A stretch of DNA of 63,704 nucleotides, filler included, from Globobulimina sp. (taxonomy: Eukaryota): assembly GCA_003354225.1 (NCBI GenBank). It is 18 parts of 18 records of this genome, joined end to end, with 100 filler letters (N's around TTAATTAATTAA, not from the genome) between each part and the next. Parts side by side here need not be neighbours in the genome. Positions count along the whole stretch, not along the records: positions 31,914 to 35,358 come from PIVH01002775.1; positions 35,459 to 38,902 come from PIVH01002776.1; positions 39,003 to 42,446 come from PIVH01002777.1; positions 42,547 to 45,990 come from PIVH01002778.1; 14 more parts are not named here. One strand, given 5' to 3'. Both the position numbers and the translations under genes were made by a program. The notes below the pieces were generated by a model that did not search any database, was not told the DNA's origin, and saw only the letters and a program-made list of their open reading frames with translations. The first letter of the stretch is position 1; every line of letters starts with the position of its first letter. This document shows positions 34,901 to 46,090 of this stretch, in pieces.

Positions 34901-35204
34901 GTCTAATCCTGTAGTTATAACTGGAGCAATCAAATATAACTTATCCCACTGTAAATCTAATGTACTGGTTGATTCATCGAAATATTTATCAATATCAACA
35001 ACACCAACTTTCATTCTAAACAAAACAAAACAATATATTGCATATTTATTTGCATTCGCAGAGAAACGTTTATGTACACCCTAACTCTGAATGTTTCATA
35101 TATTTAATGACAGCTAATGTCATCGAATTTAATCCAGAATGAGAACTGTCATAACCAATTAACCTGCCTTTTTCTAATAACAATGGATTTAGTTTAAGCG
35201 CCAT
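31929..35204 (-). CDS. ~1030-aa hypothetical protein; introns 35016-35079 and 33253-33368
   Basis: Two GT-AG introns join three exons in frame starting MALKLNPLL; no domain recognised. Confidence 0.75.
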
Positions 35205-35458
35205 TTTTCACAATTTTCACAAAAAAACTTGTTCACTAAATTTTTAAGTACTATTTCATGACACTCACCATCGTACGGTTTGTTTTTCATGATCAAGAGA
35301 GAAACGGCTGCAACAACCACAAATCTCAAATCCACTAACGATTTTCATAATCCTCTAANNNNNNNNNNNNNNNNNNNNNNNNNNNNNNNNNNNNNNNNNN
35401 NNTTAATTAATTAANNNNNNNNNNNNNNNNNNNNNNNNNNNNNNNNNNNNNNNNNNNN

Positions 35459-35629
35459 TGTAACGATTATAATTTGTCCTGTTAAATCTGAATTAGTTGC
35501 AGCAACATCTGCTGTGGTGTTGAAGTTGAACTCTCTTTGATCTCCGTATCTTGTATACAATTGTAATCCGACAGCTAGAAAAACCACGATTGTCGTGCAA
35601 TATCCACACGCTTTGAAACAAGACACCAT
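35459..35629 (-). CDS. Short-chain dehydrogenase (retinol dehydrogenase-like) N-terminus, truncated
   Basis: N-terminal TM, then TTADVA...DLTGQIIIVT leading into the expected TGxxxG motif, cut by the spacer. Confidence 0.75.
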
Positions 35630-35694
35630 TCTGCCAGATACAACTGACCGCTATTTATCACTGTTGACAGGTTTTGAGTTTGATTCAAAGCATC

Positions 35695-36432
35695 ATGTCG
35701 CAGACGGCAATCAACCGAATAAACAAACTAATCTCACAATTCACTGTGTCGAAGCATATACGTTCTGATAGCAAAATAAATGAATGCGCTGCAAGTGATT
35801 TTAAATCCAAACAATTCCGAAGTTTGTACTATTGTTTTTTTAACATATATTGCATGCTCTAGATCTTATATAATTATTTTTAAGATGAGTTAATTATTTT
35901 TGATGAGAATGATGCAAAGAATGTCAAAGGTAAATATAGAAATTATAATGATATTTCACGAGAATTGGAATCGCGAGGTTTAGGATATGAGAAATGGCAT
36001 ACATTGGATAGTTATGATGATAATTTAAGTAATGATGATATTTTAAAATATTATTCAAAAGAGATTGATATTATAATGAAAAGATTTAATTTTAAGACCA
36101 AGGATATCATTCAAATTAAGCCTGATAATCCAAAAAAAGATATGTTTCGTAAGAAATTTCTTGATGAACATACACATTGCGATGAAGAAGTAAGATATTT
36201 TGTAGATGGAGCTGCATGTTTTTATATTCATTTAGCAGAAAAAAAGGAAGTGTTAAGAATGGAATGTGCGAAGGGACATTTATTGGTTGTTCCCGCATTG
36301 ACAAAACATTGGTTTGATATGGGACCAAATCCATATTTTAAATGTATTCGATTTTTTGGAATTGACGAAGGATGGCTTGCTAAGTATACAAAAGATACAA
36401 TTTCAAATCGATTTCCATTGTATAACAACTGA
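35695..36432 (+). CDS. mtnD: Acireductone dioxygenase, bacterial MtnD type, intron 35822-35884
   Basis: EHTHCDEEVRYFVDG, VPALTKHWFDMG, IRFF...EGW. Splicing adds an N-terminal leader and the ELIIFD start of the core. Confidence 0.9.
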
Positions 36433-36614
36433 TAAAAGGCGTATATGCTTTGAATAATTTGAATTGTAAATTATTTATTTTTTATTATAAATTTTGAATC
36501 CGATTACCGGTGACAGCCAATCTCAATTCTCAAAGTGTAGTTTGATCTCTTCTCTACTCGAAAAATATTTCACTGAAGCAGAAATTCCTTATATATTTAA
36601 CCATTTTTTTTTGA

Positions 36615-37822
36615 ATGTGTCAGTTTCAATATAAAGTTGTTAAATTATGCTGGTTATTTTTTGTGTTTTGTGGTTGCTTTGCATCAATTGCCTGTGTAAT
36701 TTATTTTATCATACCATATTCATTTATGAACATTCGGACATTAAATCAACAATCCTCATCATCATTGATTGCAAACAATCCTATAATCTATGCACATAAT
36801 GATGACACAATAAAATACAGATCGACGCATTTTGAGTTTATGTGCGATTTTAACAAAACAAGAGTATTAATTGGAGCTAATCATAAAACTGGATCACTAT
36901 TATTTTGCTTCCGTCTGCCACGAAAAGTGTATTCATATTGGATGTCAAATTGTGTTTTAAATAAAAGTATCCCTAAAGTATGGACTCAGAAGAAGGATAT
37001 ATTATATTTTCAAAACACAAATCATATCAATCAAAGAAATATAACCACATTTATGAAATCAAAGTATATGCACATTTCAGACAATTATCACACAGTGATC
37101 CTAAACTTGATTCGAGATCCAGTTGACACCATTTTGTCTGGTTATAATTATCACAAAGTAACCACTGAGCAATGGCTTAATATTACAATCAAAACAGCCC
37201 CCACCGATGATCACAATTTATGCCAGTCAATGTTAACAAAATTAAGGTAACAATAGATTCAAAAATATCTTTGCGTACAAGTCGGTTTATCGGATTTATC
37301 CAAAGAAGACAGACAAAGATATTTTTGAATTTTGTAAGAAAAAATGGGAATTTTGCAAACCAAACACTGTCGCAAATCTACAATGCATTGGATTCCTCCA
37401 ATGGTCTTAGTTTGGAATATAATCGATATGAGGAATGTGTTTATGATGAAATAAATTCAAGTTACCATGCTATTAATAATTTAATTAAATTGCATAAGGA
37501 CAACAATTTTATGCATTTTAAAAATTTTAGATTTGAAAATATAATGAACAATTTTACGGAAACAATGAACCAAATATTTGACATGTTTGGTATATTGAAT
37601 GTTAAACATAAAATCAAACTGCTTGAAGATATGAGAGAATTTGATATTTCTCATAAATTGGGAAATGTGTCAAACAGTAAAACTGCTGAACATATTACCA
37701 ATGGTAAATATGACAAACAATATCAAATGAATATTTTGTTACAAAATGGGGAACGATGTAATGCATTGAAAAAACAAACACTATCATTGGATTATAAGTG
37801 GATGCATAGTAAATATTGTTAA
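36615..37822 (+). CDS. Membrane-anchored sulfotransferase-like protein, intron 37247-37338
   Basis: TM anchor, HKTGS, LIRDPVDTILSGYNYH, FRFE; the intron joins the two ORFs in frame. Confidence 0.82.
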
Positions 37823-37868
37823 TATTTTACAGACACCTTTGACCTTTTTCTGTCACACTATTGCTTTT

Positions 37869-38902
37869 TTAGTGTGCTTCAACAAAGAGTTTAAATTTTG
37901 TGAAATTTGGTTTATAACCAAAACAAACAAAATCTTGCCAAAAATAATTGACTAATTCATCGTATAAAGTCTTGTTATTTGCAAGAATATAATATGCCGC
38001 CGATAATAATTTACTATCATTCAATTGTAAAATTTGAGCATATTCTCTGTCAAATTCTCGATTCCCCCATTGATTCATGACATGCATGACTGGCACACTT
38101 ATATTATTCACGGATTTTAAATGTTTTTTAAACCATAAACAATGATCTAATAAAATATGCCAATGTTTATCCAAATATTCCACTTTCCCAATAAAATGCA
38201 AATCACTTTCATCGAAATTAAAAACCGTAAAAGATTTGGAAAGAACGGAGTTAATATGACTCATTGGTTCATGCAAACTAAACCTATACGAATTGAGTAA
38301 CATTTCATTCACAAAAGTTACAAATCTGTCCGGTTCATTCAATTTAGTTAGAAAATGCCAGTTTTCATTCCATGTTTCATTCTCAAATAAGTCACTCTTT
38401 GACAATGTTTTATAGAGTTCATATATTTTCCTATTTACTGTGTAATAGCCTGAAATAAATCTGTCAATGGGATTGCGAACAAATGTAAAACCGCATTCTG
38501 TTTTTACTACATATGAATCTCCGATTTTTCTGACGATAAATGAATTATGTACAATAGCATCGTGCTTCCATTTGCCTCCAAATGAGTTCCTTAATTCGCC
38601 CATAATGGAAGAAGATGCACATTTGGCAATCATATAATATATAGGAACACGCACATTTATTGCTTCTTTTTTCGATGAATGTGTGTGTGATATCGATGGG
38701 TATCGTATTGCTTCTTTTTTTAAAAATGTTTTCGAATTTCTTTGTGTCATAAAATCAATCATTTCACGACTCCAAATAATATCATCTTTGTTTATAGAAT
38801 TATTTGTAAAGCAACGGGGACAAAATTCTTTTGTTTCAAATAGTAATGTGTCGATATCAATCTTTTCTTTGTATATAATTGCATTCCTACATTGATCGTT
38901 TA
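37869..38902 (-). CDS. Carbohydrate sulfotransferase, 5' truncated
   Basis: KCASSSI, FTFVRNPIDRFISGY, FIGKVE, YFWQDFVCFGY. Confidence 0.87.
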
Positions 38903-39002
38903 NNNNNNNNNNNNNNNNNNNNNNNNNNNNNNNNNNNNNNNNNNNNTTAATTAATTAANNNNNNNNNNNNNNNNNNNNNNNNNNNNNNNNNNNNNNNNNN
39001 NN

Positions 39003-39381
39003 TCCATTTACAGTCATTCATATTTGCACATATTTCCATATTATGACATTTTTGCAAATCATAACTAATTTTATTTAATGTTTCAGTCTCAGAATGTTTT
39101 GTCATTAAATGAATATAATCTTACAGACACATTAAATATGAATTACTGCAAAACTCAATCAATATTTGTTGCGCATTCAAGTCACTCTCTTTCGCACATA
39201 ATAATTGATAATATCGGAAACAATATGCAATTCGTAATAAATGGTCGCAATTCTTTATCACTTCATCTTCGTTATCATCAACATTACAGTTTGTTGTGTC
39301 TGTTTTGAATATTTCAAAATCAGCCTTCTCTGTTTTAGTCACTGTGGCGTCGGCTTTTATCATTGTTTCTTTGTTTGCCAT
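39003..39381 (-). pseudogene. N-terminus of an uncharacterised family member with in-frame TAA at 39121-39123
   Basis: CDHLLRI...YYQ...YLMCL*DYIHLMTKH; the frame stays open after the stop to the contig edge. Confidence 0.5.
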
Positions 39382-39996
39382 TTTAAAATGTAAATCCTCG
39401 CTATTTCTGTATAACAAAACAAAAAATCAAATGTGGTGAACGAAAGTGTTTTAACTGAGAAAGCTCTGATATTATCAATGGTTGTTTGTGCTTATTATTT
39501 TGAGTGAGTTTATTAATGTTTTTGAGGTAGATAGCAATGTAAAAAGTGAACACGTTCTTTGTATATTGGCTGCCTCAAAACCGAAAATAAAACGCATTCA
39601 TATCATTGGATAAATTATTTGCTTTGTGAACGACGCATATTTTTAGCTGTGCAGCGGCACATATTAACTAACTCACAAATAAAATCCACAAACAATCATT
39701 GGAATGTATCTGTGATGGATATTATTATTATATTTATAATACATTTCATAAAATACGCAACACCATCTCGTTCATGACTTATTTTATGAAATGCTCGTTC
39801 TTTGCATGCATGATGCGACTAAATCTGATAAATATAATATTAAATCATATATCAAAGTATTTGTTAACCAGTTATTTTGATTCTGTGTTGGAATTTGATT
39901 GTTTTTGGGGACTGTGTTGTGTTGTACCAATATGGGATGACCTATGGTCCAAATACTTAGTCGTAGTTTTTGAGAGTATCTTCATTAACTTTAAAC

Positions 39997-41717
39997 ATGT
40001 CTTCTTCAAAGCAGCTAGCGACATTAGAACAACTTTTAAACACAGGAGCTCCTAATCCCAATGCTCCAGATACGCACCAACGCATTCTTGACGAAGACGC
40101 TTACATAGACACCTTACAACATATTATCACAAGAGATTTCTATCCTGATCTCCATAAATTAAACAAGCAAAACCAAAATATTGAACTGTTTGTAAGCATC
40201 CATTTCCATCCTCGCACCAATAATAGAACAAAAAAACATAATTCAGATTCGGCTCACCCGGCAAAGATGCCACACCAACACCAATTAAACAACACAAACA
40301 CCAACAAAACAACAACAACAAAGCATCATCACCAAAACCTAAAACATTTGAAAATGATATAACACCAACACCCAATCAACAAAGCAGCCATAACCACAAC
40401 AAACAGCAAAACGACGATGTAATGCACTACGTAAATGGCCAACTATTAAGCAACGGAGAGACCCAAACTATGAAAGATTTGACTTTGAAACAGTTTCAAA
40501 ACGTATATACATCCGAAGACAACTATAGTTTTTCAGAAATAATGTACAAAAATCAACTGCAACATTACAGCAAATATTCATGGATTTATCAACAACAAAA
40601 ACACGCAGATGACAGACAAAAATATTTATCCATTTTACAGTCGCAAAATACAAACAATGCAACAAACACTGTCACCGCTAACACCTCACCAAAAGCAGTT
40701 ACTTTGCCATCCATTTCAACCGCAAACAACACGAAATTAACAAACGTCACCGCTCGAATTCAACAAACCGACGAAAAAAAGCATCGCGACGAACAAGCTC
40801 TGATTGAAAAGGTAGATTTATACCGCGGCGAGTTGCAATTTTGGAAATTCAAAGCTGTGAACAAATTGATGTTTTTCCCAGAAGCTGACCGTGAACAAAA
40901 CCTGCAATTAATGAAAAAGTTGCACGCTGAATATGGAAAACCAGAGTGTGTGTATAACAATACGCGGTTACCTGCCACCTTCAAATTGCCTGCAGCCCAG
41001 CCCAAGCTATCCGAAATGGAGCAGAATCTGAAAGGATATTCAATGGTTTTAACGCCAAATGTGACCATGGAACTGCAGCAGGACGCAGCCATTGTGCTGG
41101 ATGCTGATAACAAACCGGTAACGCCGCTGTTTCATATTGCAAAAGTACCCAAAAAGGACAAGATTGTGCATGCTTTGAACAAGAGGAATGCGGATAAATT
41201 GCGTAAGAAACAAGAGCGCAAACTGAGGAATGCTACGCCCGGTACACAGAGTGTGTATACTCCGTACAGTACGAGGCAGATATTGACGCCTTCGGGGCAT
41301 CATATTGATACTCCATTGGTCGGATTGGGTGCCATCAACGATAGGAATCGGAATCGGAAATATAAGCATAATGAATATGGACGAGGTTCGTCGCGGAGGG
41401 TTGAAATGTTGTCGCCGGCGGCGAGGAAGTTGATGGAGAAAAATATCGGAATGAATGGAAAGTGCACGCCGTTGTCTTCTGTGCTGCGGGACGCGTACTC
41501 ATCGACACCGAGAGCTGGGACTGGGAGGGGTAGGAAGCGAAGGAGGAAGGAGCTGACATGTACACCAAAGCTAATTGTCGATGCATGCACACCCAACGCC
41601 AGCAAGAAAAGGAAATTGGATGAGAATGTGTTTAAGAAACCTACGCATTCGATACGGCATGGAAGTCGAAAGGGAAAATCCGAGGATTTGTCGAATATTA
41701 CTGATGGTTTATTGTAA
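39997..41717 (+). CDS. ESS2: Splicing factor ESS2/DGCR14, intron 40188-40246
   Basis: LDEDAYIDTLQHIITRDFYPDL, YTSEDNYSF, NKLMFFPE, LSPAARKL. Confidence 0.9.
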
Positions 41718-41844
41718 TGCGTGCTTTTATTTATGTTCCGTGTAACATTCTCACTGTTTCGTATACTGTTTAGAAAAAACGTTGCCATGATTCAAACTCT
41801 GATGATAGTTATAGATAGTTTTTTTTTAGTTGGGAACTTGTTGT

Positions 41845-42446
41845 ATGATGGCTGCCAACGCTGAAGCTTTGGATGGTGGGTTCAATAAACAATTGTATCA
41901 CAACAAACAAACCGTAGTTAAAGATTGGTGGAAGGAACACGATGACATGGAAGCAAAGAAATTGCGGCGACAAACAAATAGGGAACAAAATCAAAACTTC
42001 AGTAAACAAAATAGAGTGATCATAGGCAAAGGTGTTAAGAAACGATTTTATACAAAACCAGTGATTTCGTGGAGTCAGTTAGTTTCAAAAGATACACTTC
42101 CAGTCACTTACAATAATGACGCTGACCAAATGGATGAAGAGGAATTGTCGGGGGGTGATATTACAAATTTTGATGGAAAGAATACCAATTATGAGAAATT
42201 TACAAGTTTTGATTACGCTGAAATTGATGAATATGATGATGATGAAAAAGAGGGATTTAATGATACTTATGATGAGGACATCGAATGTGAGGAAACTGAA
42301 CAAAATGAGGAAGAAAATGAGCAGTTCGAAATATGGGATATTGAGAAATTTGAAAAGGATATAAATGATAAGACTAAAATTGAAATGGATATAGATATGG
42401 ATTTGGATGAAAAGGAGGATAAAAAATTTGATATTTTTGATGCTGA
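41845..42446 (+). CDS. Hypothetical protein, basic N-terminus and acidic tract, 3' truncated
   Basis: Open ORF running into the spacer. Confidence 0.55.
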
Positions 42447-42783
42447 NNNNNNNNNNNNNNNNNNNNNNNNNNNNNNNNNNNNNNNNNNNNTTAATTAATT
42501 AANNNNNNNNNNNNNNNNNNNNNNNNNNNNNNNNNNNNNNNNNNNNTTTCTTATGCTTCTTATAGGTTTTTATAAGTACAATAATTTTATGCAAGAGATA
42601 TTTTTCAAATGACTTTTTGATTTTATATTCATGTAAAGGGAGGAGAGGCATGAGTACTTTTAATTAATCGACGCTCCTTGCATGCAATTCACTAAGTGTT
42701 TTTCAAAGATTTAAGTATTAGTACTTAGAAAAAAGTTAGTTAGCACTAGTCAATTGGGAGATAACTCAGATAAGATAACATAT

Positions 42784-43203
42784 TTATATATCATTCACTG
42801 AGTATAACAAATCCAATTGCAATTGAATGAAATGTAGACAAAGGTGGGTTATCCCGTTGGATTCCATGCTTAGACACTTTAATTTCGATAAGATTTTGTC
42901 TTTTTGCATTTTTTCAATCTCAATATCGATTCTGGCAGCAAACACAAACTCTGCAATTCTTAAACAATCCATTTTATGTCCATATAGATCGACTGTTATT
43001 CTTTCAACACCATTTATTAAAATATTTGGATGGTAATTTGATCTTTTTGAAATTTGGAATATTGCACCAGAAATACCCTTTAATTGTTTTAAAATCTTTG
43101 TCTCAAACTCTCGTTTTAAATGCCATTTAGTATCAATTTTCTCGACCTTCCAATTATGATGCAATACATGCAAATATTTTTTCATTTCATTCTCAGAATT
43201 CAT
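42784..43203 (-). CDS. Pterin-4a-carbinolamine dehydratase-like protein (divergent; exon limits uncertain)
   Basis: NWKV...LKREF...NYHPNI...ITVDLYGHKMDCL...FVFAARID follows the PCD/DCoH pattern, with HHP changed to YHP. Confidence 0.65.
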   Translation of the reverse strand: MNSENEMKKYLHVLHHNWKVEKIDTKWHLKREFETKILKQLKGISGAIFQISKRSNYHPNILINGVERITVDLYGHKMDCLRIAEFVFAARIDIEIEKMQKDKILSKLKCLSMESNGITHLCLHFIQLQLDLLYSVNDI

Positions 43204-43836
43204 ATTTTCTGGTGTTCTGGTTGACGCACACTCTGCTTTCGTGCAATTTATTCTCGTGTTTGCCAATTCACTCCTTTTTTGTATTGTATTTACTAGTATA
43301 TACATGTTACAATTCATACACATGTCGTGTTAACGTTGCCATATTAGCTATGCAGTTGTTGATATTGGTTGAATTCCTTTTGTAATTTTTTAAGATAAAT
43401 GAAACATGGCGTTCGGAATCGAGGTTCACAAGTTAGAAAACATTTTTTTGCTTCCTATATTAAAATTGCTATAAATTATATTCCGTAATTTCCGTTTTCC
43501 TGAGCTATCCTCTGTTCTCTGACGATGTGGCGTTCGTAGTAGACGTCTAAATGTAATATAGTGTACAAAAAAAACATAAAATTTACATAAATTAATACAC
43601 GCAACAACCAGAACAAAAAAAAGCAAAGCAAACGAAAAAAAAAAGGAAATAAAGAATATATATTTACATAATAGAAAAGTATTAAACATAAAAGTAATAA
43701 AAAAGGTCATGCAAAAATAATATAGCTAGCTATATCACGTGAGCTATATGCATGGAACAAAAAACATAAAAAACAGAATTTTATTTATATATTACAAAAA
43801 AAAACAACATAAAAAAAGGAAATAAATAGTGTTATT

Positions 43837-45990
43837 TCATTGAGAATATTCTTGTTTTGATTCTTGTGTTTTATACGATTTAATAGTTTCAACTTTAAAC
43901 TCAACCATATGGTTAATATCAAATTGAAATAAATAATTGATTTGCACATTTTTCGTGATTTTTTGAAATCGTTTAATGGTTTTTTCAAGAATTACATTGA
44001 GTTTCGAATGCGGCAAATCTTTGGTTTTAAATGTTACTAATTTTAATCTTTTATATTTATTTTGCTTCTCATTTTCTGAATATTCTTTGATTGAAAAGCA
44101 AAACTTATTTAAATGTTGGAATAAATATTGATACGATAGCTGCGTAAAAGCAATATGCTGAACATTGCTAAATAAATCTGTACATTTCGAGAATGAAAAG
44201 TTTCCGCTTTCATTCACAAACAACGTGTTTGCTAAAATAGATGGCATTTCATGGATGGATTGGAAACAGATATAATTTCTTTGTGAGATACAAAAGTAAT
44301 GCCATAATTTTTGATAATATTCGACATCATATTTTTGAGTATTTTGCTTCTCGGTATTCTCGATTGTTTCTCTTATATTTTTATCATAAGCCTTGATTTG
44401 TTGCAATATTTCAGCAAACATTGAATAAATAACATGCGAAGCCACAGCAAATTTTTTCATTATCCAATCACTCATTTGTTTGCGAACAATATTTATAAAC
44501 TGTTTGCCAGCGATTGCATTCTCTCCTAAATATTGCACAAAAGCATTAATCTCATTCTTTTCAAATAATTTTGTGTCGACCAACATATTGGAGATAAATT
44601 GCAAAAATTGAGTTGAATCCATATTTTGAGTTAACGTGGATTTTAAATATATGATTTGTTCAACATTGGTAAAATAAAAATGTTTCTCTACAATTGGCAT
44701 CAAGTCGGTTTGCATTAATTGCCGATATATATTACTGTTGTTTTGATAATATTCATTCTGATTATCATCAGTTTCATCATTGATTACGTCCAGATATACG
44801 CCGTCTGACTCATATTCTTCATCACATAAATATTTCTCAAATGCACTCAATTGTTTTTGTGATACGTTATTCATTGCCAATAAAGCCGCCAATCCCTCCA
44901 TTCCATGTAAACTATTCCCATTTATCTCAATGTTCATTATTCTCGTTTTTTCAATCATATTTGCTAAATTTTCCAATGTTTTTCCATTTTGACCGCGCAC
45001 CACTTTCCAGTCCATACTTTTATTTTTGATTATTCTTTGTAATATATTTAATTTTTTGATGGAGTTTTTATGGATTTCCTTATGTCGAATATCAACAATC
45101 TCAAATAACACGTTGTCGCCGAAAAATAATAACTCAGATTCGTCGGGGAAAGGCGATATAAAATGTACCGCCATATATCGTGGTTGATGCGCTTTATATT
45201 TTGCTAAGCGATGATGTTTAATGTCAATGTCTTTGTTTCCATTTCGTAGTTTTAAAATTATTCCTCTATCTCCGTCAGCAAAACTGTTTGCGACTGACCT
45301 CACAGAACTCGTCGAAGTCGGCGCGTTAAAATGCGTTGAAAAATGGCTGAACAAAAATGGTTGATCTAAACCGTGATAAACCACCATATCTTTATCCAAC
45401 ACCGATCCATAAAATTCTATGCTTTCATACAGAAATCTGCTCAAAAAATAGAATCTCGAATGTCGACTTATAATCTCTTCGTTTGTTTCCTTGTCATGTA
45501 TTGCCCGAAAACAGGCTCGATATTCGGTGCAGAGTTTGGTATTCCCGGTATACATCAAAATGGCCACAATATGATGGACGCACAGGCGATCACCGCGAGA
45601 TATATTATAATCGGAACTGAACTGTTTGCTTAGATATCTTTTATTATTCTTGTATTTATTCAGTGCAGTATTTAGCGCCTTCTCCCATTGTTCCTCAGTC
45701 ACAAAACCAGTGCAAAGTAATTCTGTTTTGAAGCAATTATTATCACGATGCGGCCCAAGATGTTTGTGACTAAAATCTGATCCAAATCCAAATAAACCAA
45801 TTGTACATTTCGTCACATATCGATCATTTTGATCTTCTTCTTCTTCTTCTTCTTCTGCTTCCTCATCAATGTCTGCTTTCTCATCATTTTCATACTTTGT
45901 TAATTGCTTCATTTCCGTTAATTCGATATGTTCGTCGAGGCTGCAATAACCCTTCAAACTCATCTGTACTCCGTAAGTATAACCTCCCAT
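43837..45990 (-). CDS. Multidomain protein with ADP-ribosyltransferase-like domain, probably 5' truncated
   Basis: AILMYT, VVYHGL, APTSTSS..VA..F, GIILKL, ISPFPDESELLF. Confidence 0.72.
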   Translation of the reverse strand: MGGYTYGVQMSLKGYCSLDEHIELTEMKQLTKYENDEKADIDEEAEEEEEEEDQNDRYVTKCTIGLFGFGSDFSHKHLGPHRDNNCFKTELLCTGFVTEEQWEKALNTALNKYKNNKRYLSKQFSSDYNISRGDRLCVHHIVAILMYTGNTKLCTEYRACFRAIHDKETNEEIISRHSRFYFLSRFLYESIEFYGSVLDKDMVVYHGLDQPFLFSHFSTHFNAPTSTSSVRSVANSFADGDRGIILKLRNGNKDIDIKHHRLAKYKAHQPRYMAVHFISPFPDESELLFFGDNVLFEIVDIRHKEIHKNSIKKLNILQRIIKNKSMDWKVVRGQNGKTLENLANMIEKTRIMNIEINGNSLHGMEGLAALLAMNNVSQKQLSAFEKYLCDEEYESDGVYLDVINDETDDNQNEYYQNNSNIYRQLMQTDLMPIVEKHFYFTNVEQIIYLKSTLTQNMDSTQFLQFISNMLVDTKLFEKNEINAFVQYLGENAIAGKQFINIVRKQMSDWIMKKFAVASHVIYSMFAEILQQIKAYDKNIRETIENTEKQNTQKYDVEYYQKLWHYFCISQRNYICFQSIHEMPSILANTLFVNESGNFSFSKCTDLFSNVQHIAFTQLSYQYLFQHLNKFCFSIKEYSENEKQNKYKRLKLVTFKTKDLPHSKLNVILEKTIKRFQKITKNVQINYLFQFDINHMVEFKVETIKSYKTQESKQEYSQ

Positions 45991-46090
45991 NNNNNNNNNN
46001 NNNNNNNNNNNNNNNNNNNNNNNNNNNNNNNNNNTTAATTAATTAANNNNNNNNNNNNNNNNNNNNNNNNNNNNNNNNNNNNNNNNNNNN

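Noticed and set aside
39121-39123. Stop-codon reassignment (TAA as sense)
   Set aside because: Only one case; TAA, TAG and TGA all terminate well-conserved genes in the window.
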